This document shows, piece after piece, positions 1 through 9,130 of a DNA stretch of 64,000 bases. A model generated the notes under the pieces. It ran no database searches. It was not told where the DNA came from and was given only the letters and a program-made list of their open reading frames with translations. Made by a program: the position numbers and the translations under genes. The DNA is from a virus (taxonomy: Duplodnaviria > Caudoviricetes). Where the stretch lies: positions 9,814 through 73,813 of the IMG/VR virus record IMGVR_UViG_3300044506_000032; one strand, given 5' to 3'. Numbering within the stretch: the first letter of the stretch is position 1; the number at the start of each line of letters is the position of its first letter.

Positions 1-102
1 CGGGCGATGCGTGGGGTACAGGCGCCTGCGACGCCGCATGTGGCGCGGATTGAGGCGGCGAAGCGGTTTCTGTTCGCGCAGGCGCTCGGGGAGGCGTCGT
101 GA
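1..102 (+). CDS. 3' end of a hypothetical protein (partial)
   Basis: Open frame from base 1 to TGA at 100-102, overlapping the next start (GTGA). Confidence 0.5.
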   Translation, partial: RAMRGVQAPATPHVARIEAAKRFLFAQALGEAS

Positions 103-560
103 TGGCGCGGGTGCTGGTGACGGGTAGTCGGTCTTGGGCGGACGCCCAGTTGCTTGAGGTCGCGTTGCTCTCGGCTTGGGATGAAGCGCTGCAGGCGGGC
201 TTCGACGGGATCGTGGTGGTTGAGGGTGAGGCCGAGGCTGGCGCCGATCCGATGGCGCGGCAGTGGGCTGAGGCTCGCGGGATCACTGTCGACCGGGTGC
301 CGGCGGACTGGCCGGGGCCGTGTGGTTCGGACTGTCGGCCGGGGCATCGCCGGCTGCGTCGTGGCGGTGGCGAGTACTGCCCGACGGCTGGTCACCGGCG
401 GAATCAGGTGATGGTGGACCGGGGCGCGTCGGTGGCGCTGGCGTTCCTGGTGCCGGAGTTGCCGTGTCGTGGGACGCGGGACTGTATGCGGCGGGCGCAG
501 CTGGCGGGGATTCCGGTGTGGAGCTTCCTTGCCCCGGCGGTTGAGGGGGCGCAGCTGTGA
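99..560 (+). CDS. SLOG-family (DUF2493/YspA-like) protein
   Basis: RVLVTGSRSW N-terminus, GADxxARxWA, AGHRRNQxMVD, GTRDCMRRA motifs. Confidence 0.8.
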   Translation: MMARVLVTGSRSWADAQLLEVALLSAWDEALQAGFDGIVVVEGEAEAGADPMARQWAEARGITVDRVPADWPGPCGSDCRPGHRRLRRGGGEYCPTAGHRRNQVMVDRGASVALAFLVPELPCRGTRDCMRRAQLAGIPVWSFLAPAVEGAQL

Positions 561-802
561 GCCGGTGGGTGTTGGAGGCCGGGGTTCTGTTCCGGGTGTT
601 GGACGAGGAGCGGGCGGCGCGGGGTCTGAACTGGGTGTCGGTGGGTCGGGAGTTGGGCCTGTCGCCGAACGTGTTCTCGCGGATGCGGCGCGGGGGTGTT
701 CCGGACGCTCACGCCCTCGGGTCGCTGCTGATGTGGCTGGGGTGGGCGCCCGAGCTCGCGCTGTTGGTGCGGAAGTCGGCGCCGGCGGGTGAGCAGCGGT
801 GA
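557..802 (+). CDS. Small XRE-like HTH protein
   Basis: LDEERAARGLNWVSVGRELGLSPNVFSRMRRG helix-turn-helix pattern; coupled start/stop. Confidence 0.7.
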   Translation: MSRWVLEAGVLFRVLDEERAARGLNWVSVGRELGLSPNVFSRMRRGGVPDAHALGSLLMWLGWAPELALLVRKSAPAGEQR

Positions 803-1050
803 GCAGGCGGCGCGAGACGCCGGTGTCCTGCACCTGGGATGACGTGCTTGAGGTCATGTTTCCGCGGTTGACGTTGCTGGTCGAGGAGTCGCGGGTCGAG
901 GAGGTTCGCGCGGCGGTTGCTGGGGCTGATCTGCCGGCTCGGGTGACGGTGTTGGCGTCGCCGCTGGTGCCGCCGGGTCAGGTGCTGGTGGCGAACGAGT
1001 CGGAGCTGGACCGGGCGTTTCGCGAGGCGGTTCTGCGGGGGCTGCGGTGA
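799..1050 (+). CDS. Hypothetical protein
   Basis: GTGA overlaps at both ends. Confidence 0.6.
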   Translation: MSRRRETPVSCTWDDVLEVMFPRLTLLVEESRVEEVRAAVAGADLPARVTVLASPLVPPGQVLVANESELDRAFREAVLRGLR

Positions 1051-1334
1051 GCGGCCTGGACCGGTTCTACGAGGTGTCGGCGTCGGCGGTGGCGTGGCTG
1101 GTTGGCGGCCCGTATGACGGCCGTGAGCAGCCTTTTCCGGGGGTGCTGCTGGAGGGCGCGCAGCCGCGCTTGTTCTTCCTCGCGGAGTCGGTGGATCTGC
1201 CGTTGGTGGGCGTGACGGCTGGGCCTCCGCCTCGTGTCGAGCAGGTGGTGTACGAGGCGCTGCGGGACGGTGGCGGGTTCTACTCGCGCGACGACCAGGG
1301 TCGGGTCAGGTTCGACTTCTGGGGGCCGTGGTGA
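1047..1334 (+). CDS. Hypothetical protein
   Basis: GTGA overlap; LVGGPYDG motif common in actinophage small proteins. Confidence 0.6.
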   Translation: MSGLDRFYEVSASAVAWLVGGPYDGREQPFPGVLLEGAQPRLFFLAESVDLPLVGVTAGPPPRVEQVVYEALRDGGGFYSRDDQGRVRFDFWGPW

Positions 1335-1402
1335 GCGACTCCGGGCAGCACGAATCGCCGCGCGGCGGCGTGGCCGGGCGGCTGCGGGACGGGCGGTGCG
1401 GG

Positions 1403-1696
1403 CTACTGCTCGGTGGCGGCTTCTGCAGCTCGCTTCCGGGCCGCGGCCTCGGCGCCGACGGTGGGTGCCTTGCGGCGGTTGTCGACGCCGATCTCGGTTG
1501 CGATCTTCCGGAAGTACTCGGAGGTGAGCCCGGTGAGGGCGGCGAGTTCCTGGTTGCTGGCGCCGGCTCGGATGGCTTCTTCGGCTGCTTCTCGAACCTG
1601 TGGCTTGAGCTTGCGTTCGGTCTCGTAGGCGCGCTTGTAGCTGGCGAAGAGCTGGCTGGCTTTGGTGTCGGGTTCGTAGCTGGTCATGGGTGTCAT
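1403..1696 (-). CDS. Small HTH repressor-like protein (switch module A)
   Basis: AIRAGASNQELAALTGLTSEYFRKIA HTH; divergent from the 1854 operon; start at 1696 or 1687. Confidence 0.7.
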   Translation of the reverse strand: MTPMTSYEPDTKASQLFASYKRAYETERKLKPQVREAAEEAIRAGASNQELAALTGLTSEYFRKIATEIGVDNRRKAPTVGAEAAARKRAAEAATEQ

Positions 1697-1723
1697 GGTC
1701 TCACGGGTGCTGGCCATCGGGTA

Positions 1724-1803
1724 GGCCACCGCGTTGGGCTTCCAAAGAATCTTGAAGGACAACACGTTGGCCTATTGCATGGCCAACGTGTTGGGCTCAT
1801 ACT
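1724..1803 (+). promoter_or_regulatory. Operator repeats overlapping a sigma70/HrdB-type promoter
   Basis: AACACGTTGGCC-N8-GGCCAACGTGTT (1761-1792); third half-site at 1724-1740; TTGCAT-N17-CATACT (1775-1803). Confidence 0.7.
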
Positions 1804-1853
1804 GGAGTCGTCAGGGCAGCAGCAAGCGGCCCAACTCCCGTACGGAGGCCCCC

Positions 1854-2183
1854 ATGAACGAGCACACCAACTGCCTCCGCTGCGGCCGCAAGCTCACCTC
1901 GAAGACCAGCATCACCAAGGGCTACGGCCGAGGCTGCGCCACCAAGGTCCGCCAGGCCGAGCAGGCCACCACCGACTACAGCCCCGCCCAGATCGACTCC
2001 GCCCGCGAGCTCATCGAGGACGGCGCGATCGTCCAGATCCGTCCCCGCGTCTGTCGCTCCGTCAGCAGCGACGGCACCGAGCTCTACCTGACCGCCGTCA
2101 CCGGCCAGTGCAACTGCCCGGCCGGCCTCAAGAGCAAGCGCTGCTACCACGCGCTGGCCACCGCTCTTCTCCTTGCCGCCTAG
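1854..2183 (+). CDS. DUF6011-like Zn finger plus SWIM-like Zn finger protein
   Basis: CLRCGRKLTS..GYGRGC at N-terminus; CNC..CYH at C-terminus; GGAGG RBS. Confidence 0.7.
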   Translation: MNEHTNCLRCGRKLTSKTSITKGYGRGCATKVRQAEQATTDYSPAQIDSARELIEDGAIVQIRPRVCRSVSSDGTELYLTAVTGQCNCPAGLKSKRCYHALATALLLAA

Positions 2184-2192
2184 GAGGCCGCA

Positions 2193-2486
2193 ATGAACCC
2201 CATCGACATCCGTGACCTCGCACTGAGCCTCAGTGACCTTCTTGCCGGACTCGACAGCCACCTCACCCGCGGCCCGCTTCTCGTCACCCGCGACGACGAA
2301 CCCGAAGCCGTGATCATCCGCCACCGCGCATACGCACCCCGGCTCCACCACTTCGACATCACCCCGGACAACAGGCTTCTCTGCCTCCTCTGCCCGCCGG
2401 AGACCGGCACGTTCGGACGTCCGTTGCAGCACCTCGGCGAAGCCATCGAATGGGCCAACGCCCACTGGTGCGACACCCACCGCTGA
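2193..2486 (+). CDS. Phd/YefM-like N-terminal domain plus Cys/His domain
   Basis: IDIRDLALSLSDLL..GPLLVTRDDEPEAVII resembles Phd antitoxins; GGAGG RBS. Confidence 0.5.
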   Translation: MNPIDIRDLALSLSDLLAGLDSHLTRGPLLVTRDDEPEAVIIRHRAYAPRLHHFDITPDNRLLCLLCPPETGTFGRPLQHLGEAIEWANAHWCDTHR

Positions 2487-2547
2487 CTGTCGCCTGACCG
2501 CCGCCCAGACCACCCGCCCGCGCACCACCCCCAGGAAGGCCCTCACT

Positions 2548-2727
2548 GTGAACAGCAACAAGACCACCGAAGCCGAAACCGACGTGCTCGCCGATGTCCG
2601 CAGGCGTGTGGCTGGCGCCTTCATCCGCGGCGAGATCACGATGCGGCAGGCCGTCGAGCTCGTGTCCGCCATCGACAAGGCCATCGCCAACCTCGCCGCC
2701 GGCACCCAACCGCCCGCCGCCGTCTGA
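2548..2727 (+). CDS. Hypothetical protein (59 aa)
   Basis: AGGAAGG RBS, GTG start, GC3-rich; below the ORF-track size cut-off. Confidence 0.55.
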   Translation: MNSNKTTEAETDVLADVRRRVAGAFIRGEITMRQAVELVSAIDKAIANLAAGTQPPAAV

Positions 2728-2824
2728 TGGCCGCCCGGGTGCGCGACCCGATCGCGCGCCCTGCGAGGCACTCAGCCGACCAACCACCCACCTGACCGAC
2801 CAAACCAACCCTGGACGGACTCTC

Positions 2825-3142
2825 ATGCAAAGCCACGACGCCGAGTTCGCGGAGCACGGCCGCACCCCCATCCCCAACCGCCCCGACACAAGCCCGGCAT
2901 TCGCTGTCGTCTTCTGTCGCCCCGACACCGGCCTCGCCCCCGTGTGGGGACCGTTCCGCGAGCGGGACGCTGCCGAGCGGTTCGCCCGGTTCGTGACCGA
3001 GGAGATTGACCCGGCGCGCGTGACCACCTGGGTTGAGGCCGCCGGACTCCCCGGCGGCCGACCGGCTGACCCGGTCGCGGAGCTGCTGGCCTGGCGGGAC
3101 TCTGTGGCGCTTCCGCAGATCGCCGTGTACCGGCCGGCCTGA
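2825..3142 (+). CDS. Hypothetical protein
   Basis: ATG at 2825, GC3 bias. Confidence 0.55.
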   Translation: MQSHDAEFAEHGRTPIPNRPDTSPAFAVVFCRPDTGLAPVWGPFRERDAAERFARFVTEEIDPARVTTWVEAAGLPGGRPADPVAELLAWRDSVALPQIAVYRPA

Positions 3143-3219
3143 TCCTCTCCCCGCCCGCCTTGTGGCCCGCGCGGCGGCCTGAAGCCGCGCACCCCAACCA
3201 CCTACCGCTGAGGAGAACG

Positions 3220-3540
3220 ATGTCCACCATCGTCACGACCGTGCCGTACAGCGAGAAGCAGATGCTGATGCTCGACCTGCCGAACGGCGCCCCGGACGTG
3301 CACTCGGGGAGTGACGTCCTCGTCCCGAACCGGGTCACGATCGCTTACGCGCAGCACGAGTCGTTCGCGGTGCCCCAGTCGGTCGAGGTGACCGTCAAGG
3401 GGCTGCTGCGGAACCTGGACGGGACCGTGAGCAGCCGCGCCAACACCGTCGAGGTGTGGCGGTACGTCGAGCCGGCCGAGCGTGCGGCGTGGGTGGCTCA
3501 GTTGGTGGCGGAGAACCTGCCGGCGTGGTGGACCGCATGA
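3220..3540 (+). CDS. Hypothetical protein
   Basis: AGGAGA RBS then ATG; ATGA overlap with the next gene. Confidence 0.65.
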   Translation: MSTIVTTVPYSEKQMLMLDLPNGAPDVHSGSDVLVPNRVTIAYAQHESFAVPQSVEVTVKGLLRNLDGTVSSRANTVEVWRYVEPAERAAWVAQLVAENLPAWWTA

Positions 3541-3716
3541 GTCTCTCGCCACGCGCCATCGCCGAGCCGTCCGCCTGCGGCCGCTGCGGCATCCCCGAGC
3601 GCGAGCACTGGCTGCAGGCCACGGCAACCGACGTCCACGCGTACGAGCCGCCTACGACCGCCCAGATCAAGGACCGCATGCAGGCGCGCCGCGCCACCAC
3701 CACCGAGACCGTCTGA
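3537..3716 (+). CDS. Small Cys/His protein
   Basis: CGRCG..EH..H..PT..QIKDRM pattern; ATGA overlap. Confidence 0.6.
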   Translation: MSLSPRAIAEPSACGRCGIPEREHWLQATATDVHAYEPPTTAQIKDRMQARRATTTETV

Positions 3717-3727
3717 GGAGACCCGCG

Positions 3728-4048
3728 ATGACCGCGATCCACGCCAACGCCTGCGGCACCTGTCGCCAGCTCGCCACCAGCGACCTGCCCATCGAGCACG
3801 ACGAGTGCCACGCCCGCGCCCAGCTCGTTCCCGCACCTGATGCCCCGGGCTACGACGACCTGGCCGGCATGACCGAGGAGCAGCGCAAGGCGCTCCCGCC
3901 GCGTTTCCACACCCCCGTCTACGACGACCTCGGGACCCCGAAGTTGTGGCTGTGCGCCGTGTGCTGGGGCGACGGGTCGGTGAGCGCCTGGCCGTGCGAG
4001 GTCGCGGCCAACAATGGCCGCCTCGTCTTCGCCAACCCGACGGCCTGA
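3728..4048 (+). CDS. Cys-rich hypothetical protein
   Basis: AGGAGA RBS; CxxC motifs and WPC. Confidence 0.6.
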   Translation: MTAIHANACGTCRQLATSDLPIEHDECHARAQLVPAPDAPGYDDLAGMTEEQRKALPPRFHTPVYDDLGTPKLWLCAVCWGDGSVSAWPCEVAANNGRLVFANPTA

Positions 4049-4059
4049 GGAGGCTGCTG

Positions 4060-4458
4060 ATGTCCGACACCGCCACCGCCCGCGAGCGCCTGCTCGACGT
4101 CATCAGCTTCACCGAGTGCGCGAACGGCGGGACTTCGCCGGACGCCCTGCTCGACGCCTATCGGGACCAGCTGCTCCCGCCGTGGGAGGCCGTGTACGAG
4201 TCCGCGACGTTCACGCCGCGCCTGATCGCCTACTGCACCAGCGAGGTGGCCGCCAGGGGCGCAGCGGAGGCGTGGCTGCGCGAGCACGGCACTGTCCCGG
4301 GCGGCCTGGAGTGGATGCCGGACCCGCAGATGGTCGGCGACGAGTGGTCCGACTGGCATGCCCTCACCTATCGGGACGCGGACGGCCTGTGGATCGACAC
4401 CGACGTCGTCGTCCGCCGCCGGGCCGCCCGCACCACCACCGCCCAGGAGCAGCAGTGA
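4060..4458 (+). CDS. Hypothetical protein
   Basis: GAGGAGG RBS; GC3 bias. Confidence 0.6.
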   Translation: MSDTATARERLLDVISFTECANGGTSPDALLDAYRDQLLPPWEAVYESATFTPRLIAYCTSEVAARGAAEAWLREHGTVPGGLEWMPDPQMVGDEWSDWHALTYRDADGLWIDTDVVVRRRAARTTTAQEQQ

Positions 4459-4751
4459 GCAGCGCCGACGCCGACCAGCCGGACCGTTGCCCGCGGTGTC
4501 GTTGCGACGGCTGCAACGGGCGCCTCGACCAGCACACAGACGGTACCTGCGGCTGTGAGGACTGCGTGGCCTGTCCCGAATACGCGTGCACCGCGTTCGT
4601 CCTGCCGGTGCGGATCGGCATCCTCGCGCAGCAGCTCGGGCCGCTCTTGTCGGCGCACCTCAATGAGAAGGCCCGGCGCCGCTGCCTCGCCGTCGCGCAC
4701 ACCGCGCACCACGCCCTGCACGACTACGACCACCCCGAGGAATCCCGATGA
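4455..4751 (+). CDS. Cys-rich hypothetical protein
   Basis: GTGA overlap; 8 Cys in the N-terminal half. Confidence 0.55.
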   Translation: MSSADADQPDRCPRCRCDGCNGRLDQHTDGTCGCEDCVACPEYACTAFVLPVRIGILAQQLGPLLSAHLNEKARRRCLAVAHTAHHALHDYDHPEESR

Positions 4752-4981
4752 GCGCCGCCTGCACCTGTGGCCGGATTGCCATCGGTCTGCAGGTCACCGA
4801 CCACCGCGTGTGGCACCCGGACTGCCCGGAGCACGGCACCGGCTCCGCGTGGTGGAACTCGCCCGAGCAGCAGACCGCCCGCGCCGAGCGCCGCGAGCGA
4901 CTGCGCGACCTACAGGCCCGTGCCAGGCAGGCCCGCACGGGCGCCCGCACCGTCCACGCCCCGAACGGAGACCCCCGATGA
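4748..4981 (+). CDS. Small Cys/His protein
   Basis: CTCG..W.PDCPEHG; ATGA overlaps. Confidence 0.6.
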   Translation: MSAACTCGRIAIGLQVTDHRVWHPDCPEHGTGSAWWNSPEQQTARAERRERLRDLQARARQARTGARTVHAPNGDPR

Positions 4982-5424
4982 CCGAGCAGCCGCGCCGGAT
5001 CCAGCGCCGCCGAACCGCCGGGTGGCGCAAGCCCGAGAACACGGTGGTCGTCACCCGGCCGTCCCGGTTCGGGAACCCGGCCAAGCTCAGCACCTGCCAG
5101 GAGCTGGGCTACCTCGACCCCCGAGAGGCCGCGGTCGAGTTCTTCCGCCTCTGGCTCGCCGGTGACCGGTTCCAGTGGCAGGCCGAGGAGGCTGACCCGC
5201 GACGGGAGCAGATCCTCGCCGGCCTGCCGTCGCTGCGCGGCAAACACCTCGCCTGCTACTGCCCCGAGGGCGCCTCCTGTCACGCCGACGTGCTGCTCGC
5301 CAAAGCCCAGTTGCCTGAGGCGGAGCTGACCGACTGGATCGCCAAGGTCCGGGCCCGCGTGGACCGCAACCGGGCGTACCACGGCCTGCCGCCCATCACC
5401 CAGACCACCGGAGACCCCCGATGA
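4978..5424 (+). CDS. DUF4326-family protein
   Basis: RIQRRRTAGWRKP..V.RPSRFGNP and LRGKHLACYC..CHADVLL. Confidence 0.85.
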   Translation: MTEQPRRIQRRRTAGWRKPENTVVVTRPSRFGNPAKLSTCQELGYLDPREAAVEFFRLWLAGDRFQWQAEEADPRREQILAGLPSLRGKHLACYCPEGASCHADVLLAKAQLPEAELTDWIAKVRARVDRNRAYHGLPPITQTTGDPR

Positions 5425-5927
5425 CCGCCACCCCGCCGCTGTCCGCCGAGCAGCACGCCGCCATCCGCGCCCGCGAAGCCGCCGCCACCCCCGGCCCGTG
5501 GGAGGCGTACCCGCACGACCACCCGGCCTCCGGCTGCCGTTGCCTCTCGTGCAGCGACCCAGTGGTCGGATGGACGATCGAGACACCGGCATCGGCGTTC
5601 TGCGACGACCTGGTGGCGAGGCGCTCCAACGCGGGCGAACTGAACGACTTCCGCCGCCCGCTCGCATCGTGCGGAGAGGGTCCGCTCCTGCGCTACGAGG
5701 ACGCCGAGTTCGCCGCCCACGCCCGCGAGGCCGTGCCCGCGCTGCTCGCCGAGGTCGACCGGCTGCGCGCCGAGCGCGCCGAAGCGGCTCAGCTCAGCCA
5801 CCAGTACCGCAACGAACGAGACCGGCTCCGCGCCGAGCTGGCCGCCGCCCGCTGCGCCTGCTACCCGGACCCGCTCGACCACGAGGACGACTGCCCCCGA
5901 GCCGCCGCCCCGACCGCGACCACCTGA
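5421..5927 (+). CDS. Ead/Ea22-like phage protein
   Basis: IRAREAAATPGPW and DAEFAAHAREAVPALLAEVDRLR. Confidence 0.7.
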   Translation: MTATPPLSAEQHAAIRAREAAATPGPWEAYPHDHPASGCRCLSCSDPVVGWTIETPASAFCDDLVARRSNAGELNDFRRPLASCGEGPLLRYEDAEFAAHAREAVPALLAEVDRLRAERAEAAQLSHQYRNERDRLRAELAAARCACYPDPLDHEDDCPRAAAPTATT

Positions 5928-5940
5928 CCGGAGACCACCC

Positions 5941-6150
5941 GTGATCACCCTGACCCAGCACCTGCCCACGACCCCTAGCGACCTCGCCCACCTGATGGCC
6001 GAACTCGACCAGCAGGCCAAGCCCGGCGAGCCCGACCCGTCCCTCGCCCTGTGGGAGCAGCTGAATACGCAGGAGGGCTACGACGTGGCCTCCCCGCTGT
6101 GGCGCGACGCCTGCAACTACTACGACCACCTGATGAGCGACGAGGGCTGA
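5941..6150 (+). CDS. Hypothetical protein
   Basis: GGAGA RBS, GTG start. Confidence 0.55.
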   Translation: MITLTQHLPTTPSDLAHLMAELDQQAKPGEPDPSLALWEQLNTQEGYDVASPLWRDACNYYDHLMSDEG

Positions 6151-6209
6151 CCCGTCACCGGCCGCCGCACCCCGCGGCGGCCGACCCAACCACCAAGGAG
6201 CACCCACCC

Positions 6210-6383
6210 ATGACCCACCTGCCCGGATGCGCCGCCGACACCCACCCCGACCCCGGCATGTGCTTCTGCGACCAGCGCGAAGCCTTCGCCGCGAAGCACA
6301 AGCTCCCGCAGCCCGACGCGGACCACCTGCTCGAGGAGGCCCAGCGCCACGGCATCGACCCCGACCAGCTGGCCACCCAGTGA
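6210..6383 (+). CDS. Hypothetical protein
   Basis: AAGGAG RBS. Confidence 0.5.
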   Translation: MTHLPGCAADTHPDPGMCFCDQREAFAAKHKLPQPDADHLLEEAQRHGIDPDQLATQ

Positions 6384-6503
6384 TCGCCGAGCCGCCGCCG
6401 GCACCCGACGGCGAGCCGGACCGGATCCCCTGCTGACCGCCACCTGCCGCCCGGCGCACTGTCGGGCGGCGCCCTCCAGCCCCACCGCACCACGGAGCCG
6501 CAC

Positions 6504-7394
6504 ATGCCCCGCTACCTGCTCCACCTCCACCTGCCCGGCCAGCCCATACCGCCGATCCCCGTCGACGCCGACACCCCGGCCGACCTGGCCGCCGCCGTGC
6601 ACGCCCACGCCCGGCCCCGGCTCGGCTCCCGCACCGTCGACGTCCACCTCGACCCGGCCACGCTCACCGGCGACATCCAGCGCGCCGGCAGCCCCGCCGG
6701 CACGTTCACCCTGGAACTGGCAGCCGAGGCGCAGCCGGCCGGCCCCGACAGTGCCGACGGCATCCGCTGGGACTGGACCCTCCAGGACCTCGACCGGCTC
6801 GCCCGCTCCGTCGTCTCCAACAACCGCACCTGGTGGCCCGCAGGCGACCGCGACGACCTGTACGACGCCGCCTGGCACGGCATCGTCGAGCACCTGTACA
6901 GCGCCCAGCAGGAACCGCGCCGCACCGACCTCATGGAAGCCGGCCGGCGCGCCCTCGCCCGGGACGTGAAGGACACCATGCGCCACCACGGCGCCCGAAC
7001 CGACGGCACCAACAACGGCCTCAAGCACGCCATCTACTGGCAGTGGGCCGGCCGCGCCGTCCCCAGCCCGGAAGGGCCGATCGTCGAGAGGCTGGCGCTG
7101 GCACAGATCCTCGCGGCCCTCACCCCGCGGCAGCGCGAGGCGTTCAACGCGCTCGCGGCACTGGGCGACTACTCCAAGGCCGCCGCCCTGCTCGACGTCG
7201 AACCCCAGACGTTCAGGTCCCTCCTCGGTCGTGCCCGCGGCGGCTTCCGGGCCCTGTGGCACGAGGGCGAGATCCCGTCCAAGCCGTGGGGCTGCGACCG
7301 GCGCGCGGGACGGACCGCCGGCCAGATCACCGGCGGCGACAAGGCGCTGAACCGGCTCCGCCGACGCACCCGCGCCAAGCAGGTGGCGGCATGA
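6504..7394 (+). CDS. Sigma-70/ECF-like protein with extra N-terminal domain
   Basis: Region-2-like DRDDLYDAAWHGIVEHLY; region-4-like QILAALTPRQREAFNALA..YSKAAALLDV..TFRSLLGRAR. Confidence 0.65.
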   Translation: MPRYLLHLHLPGQPIPPIPVDADTPADLAAAVHAHARPRLGSRTVDVHLDPATLTGDIQRAGSPAGTFTLELAAEAQPAGPDSADGIRWDWTLQDLDRLARSVVSNNRTWWPAGDRDDLYDAAWHGIVEHLYSAQQEPRRTDLMEAGRRALARDVKDTMRHHGARTDGTNNGLKHAIYWQWAGRAVPSPEGPIVERLALAQILAALTPRQREAFNALAALGDYSKAAALLDVEPQTFRSLLGRARGGFRALWHEGEIPSKPWGCDRRAGRTAGQITGGDKALNRLRRRTRAKQVAA

Positions 7395-7855
7395 CCCGCC
7401 CGTCCGAGATCACGGCCGCGGAGCATCAGCGGATGGTGCTGCGGGAGACGCTGCGCCTCGCCGTGCCCCTGCACATGTTCGAGCTGCGGGACCGGCCGGC
7501 GCGGATCCTCGCGGCGATCGCCTCGCACGCCGCGACCACGATCGGCTCGCACGGCGACGCCCTGCAGTACGGCGGCAAGCACTGCGCGCAGGCGTTCAAC
7601 GCGCTCGCCCGTGGGTTGGCCGCGGCGGCGCTCACTGTCGAGGGCGGCGTCGACTTCCAGGGCCTGCACTGGTGCCGGCTCCCCAACTGCCGCGCCAAGC
7701 ACCGGTTCGAGCACGTGCCCGCCGTGGATCTGGACACGCTTGGCGCCCCCGTGGACGACGACGGCCCGTACCGGCTGCTGCGCCACGGCCAGCGCCGGCC
7801 CATCGAGGACGGCCCGGCGGTCGACGACTACCAGCCGGACGCACAGTCCGCGTAA
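7391..7855 (+). CDS. Hypothetical protein
   Basis: ATGA overlap, GC3 bias. Confidence 0.6.
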   Translation: MTRPSEITAAEHQRMVLRETLRLAVPLHMFELRDRPARILAAIASHAATTIGSHGDALQYGGKHCAQAFNALARGLAAAALTVEGGVDFQGLHWCRLPNCRAKHRFEHVPAVDLDTLGAPVDDDGPYRLLRHGQRRPIEDGPAVDDYQPDAQSA

Positions 7856-7903
7856 CACCCACGCCGCCCGTACCCCGGGCGGCCCAACCACCAGGAGACA
7901 CCG

Positions 7904-8227
7904 ATGAACGACCAGACCCCCGCCGACCACCGCCCGACCATCACCGTGTCCGAGTACACGATCAACGCCCTGCCGCCTGAGGCCCGCGTCGCCGACTGGT
8001 GGAACTGGAGCGTCTACGCCCGCCACACCCGCGCCGGGCGGTGGATCGTCACCACCGGCGGCGAGTTCTACGACGCCAACGGCAACCCGCACGGCACCGC
8101 CCGTGAGGCCGGCGACCACACCCGCGCCGACGCCATCGACCTCGCCACCCGGATTGCCTCGACCATGACGCTCATGGGCATGACCGCCGCGCAGGCCGCG
8201 GCCCGCATTCTCGGCGGCGCGAGATGA
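7904..8227 (+). CDS. Hypothetical protein
   Basis: AGGAGA RBS. Confidence 0.6.
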   Translation: MNDQTPADHRPTITVSEYTINALPPEARVADWWNWSVYARHTRAGRWIVTTGGEFYDANGNPHGTAREAGDHTRADAIDLATRIASTMTLMGMTAAQAAARILGGAR

Positions 8228-8382
8228 CCGCCGACTTGCTGTGGGTCGTGCCGCTGGTGGTGCTGGTCCTGTACGTGGTGGTGCGTGCCGCCGCGGCCGG
8301 CAACAAGAGCGGGCGGAAGCGGAACGAGCCGCCGCCGCTGTTCGGCGACGAGACCGAGGAGGAGAGAGATCGTGGGCAGTGA
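8224..8382 (+). CDS. Small single-TM membrane protein (52 aa)
   Basis: ATGA overlap; LLWVVPLVVLVLYVVV hydrophobic stretch. Confidence 0.55.
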   Translation: MTADLLWVVPLVVLVLYVVVRAAAAGNKSGRKRNEPPPLFGDETEEERDRGQ

Positions 8383-8548
8383 GCGACTCGCCGCCGGAGA
8401 GATCACCGAGGAGCAGCTGACCGCGCTGTACGACCGGTTGACTCAGGCCGGCCGGACTGTGGCCGGCTTGCAGGCCGCGAACCAGCGGCTGCGTGACCGG
8501 CTGGCAAGGGTCGAGCAAGAAGGGGCAACTGATGACCAGGCCGCGTGA
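8372..8548 (+). CDS. Small coiled-coil protein
   Basis: GGAGGAG RBS, GTG start. Confidence 0.5.
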   Translation: MGSERLAAGEITEEQLTALYDRLTQAGRTVAGLQAANQRLRDRLARVEQEGATDDQAA

Positions 8549-8798
8549 CATCGAGCCGGTGCGGCCGATGGGCACGGATGCGTACGGGAAGCAGGTCCGC
8601 GACCAACTCCGTGACGCTCAGGCTCAGCTGGCCGCTGTCCGGGCGCTCCACCAGCCGGTTGACGGTCTCGGCTTCCGCGACGGCGAGTACACGACCGGCA
8701 CCGCCTGTTCCAGCTGCGGGACGTCGGACGAGTTCGCGGTGTGGTGGCCGTGCTCGACTGTCCGTGTTCTCGAAGCTGGCGACGGCGGCTCGTCGTGA
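8532..8798 (+). CDS. Small Zn-binding phage protein
   Basis: AVRALHQP..CSSCG..WPCSTVRVL. Confidence 0.6.
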   Translation: MTRPRDIEPVRPMGTDAYGKQVRDQLRDAQAQLAAVRALHQPVDGLGFRDGEYTTGTACSSCGTSDEFAVWWPCSTVRVLEAGDGGSS

Positions 8799-8986
8799 GC
8801 GCGGGCCTGGTGTGCATCCTCTGCGAGGCCGGCGAGCACATGCTGAAGCCGCGGGATCATCCGCGGTGGGATGGTGAGGAGTCGACCGGTCGGATGTGGG
8901 CGCCGGAGGATCGCTGCGCGTGCTTGTGTGCGCAGGAGCCGGTACGCAAGCTGATCGTGACTCTGGACCTGCCGCCGATGCCGTAG
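8795..8986 (+). CDS. Small Cys-rich protein
   Basis: GTGA overlap; CxxC..H and CxCxC. Confidence 0.5.
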   Translation: MSAGLVCILCEAGEHMLKPRDHPRWDGEESTGRMWAPEDRCACLCAQEPVRKLIVTLDLPPMP

Positions 8987-9130
8987 CGGAGTCACTAACA
9001 CCGCTCTCACGGGCTGTTGTTGCACAATGGCCCCTGACAGCACGAAACTCCCCGCCGGCCAGCAAGGGAGTTCGCGCACCGAATGACACCACCGGGCTCA
9101 ACAGTACTCTCGACTCGCCCGGAGACGCAC

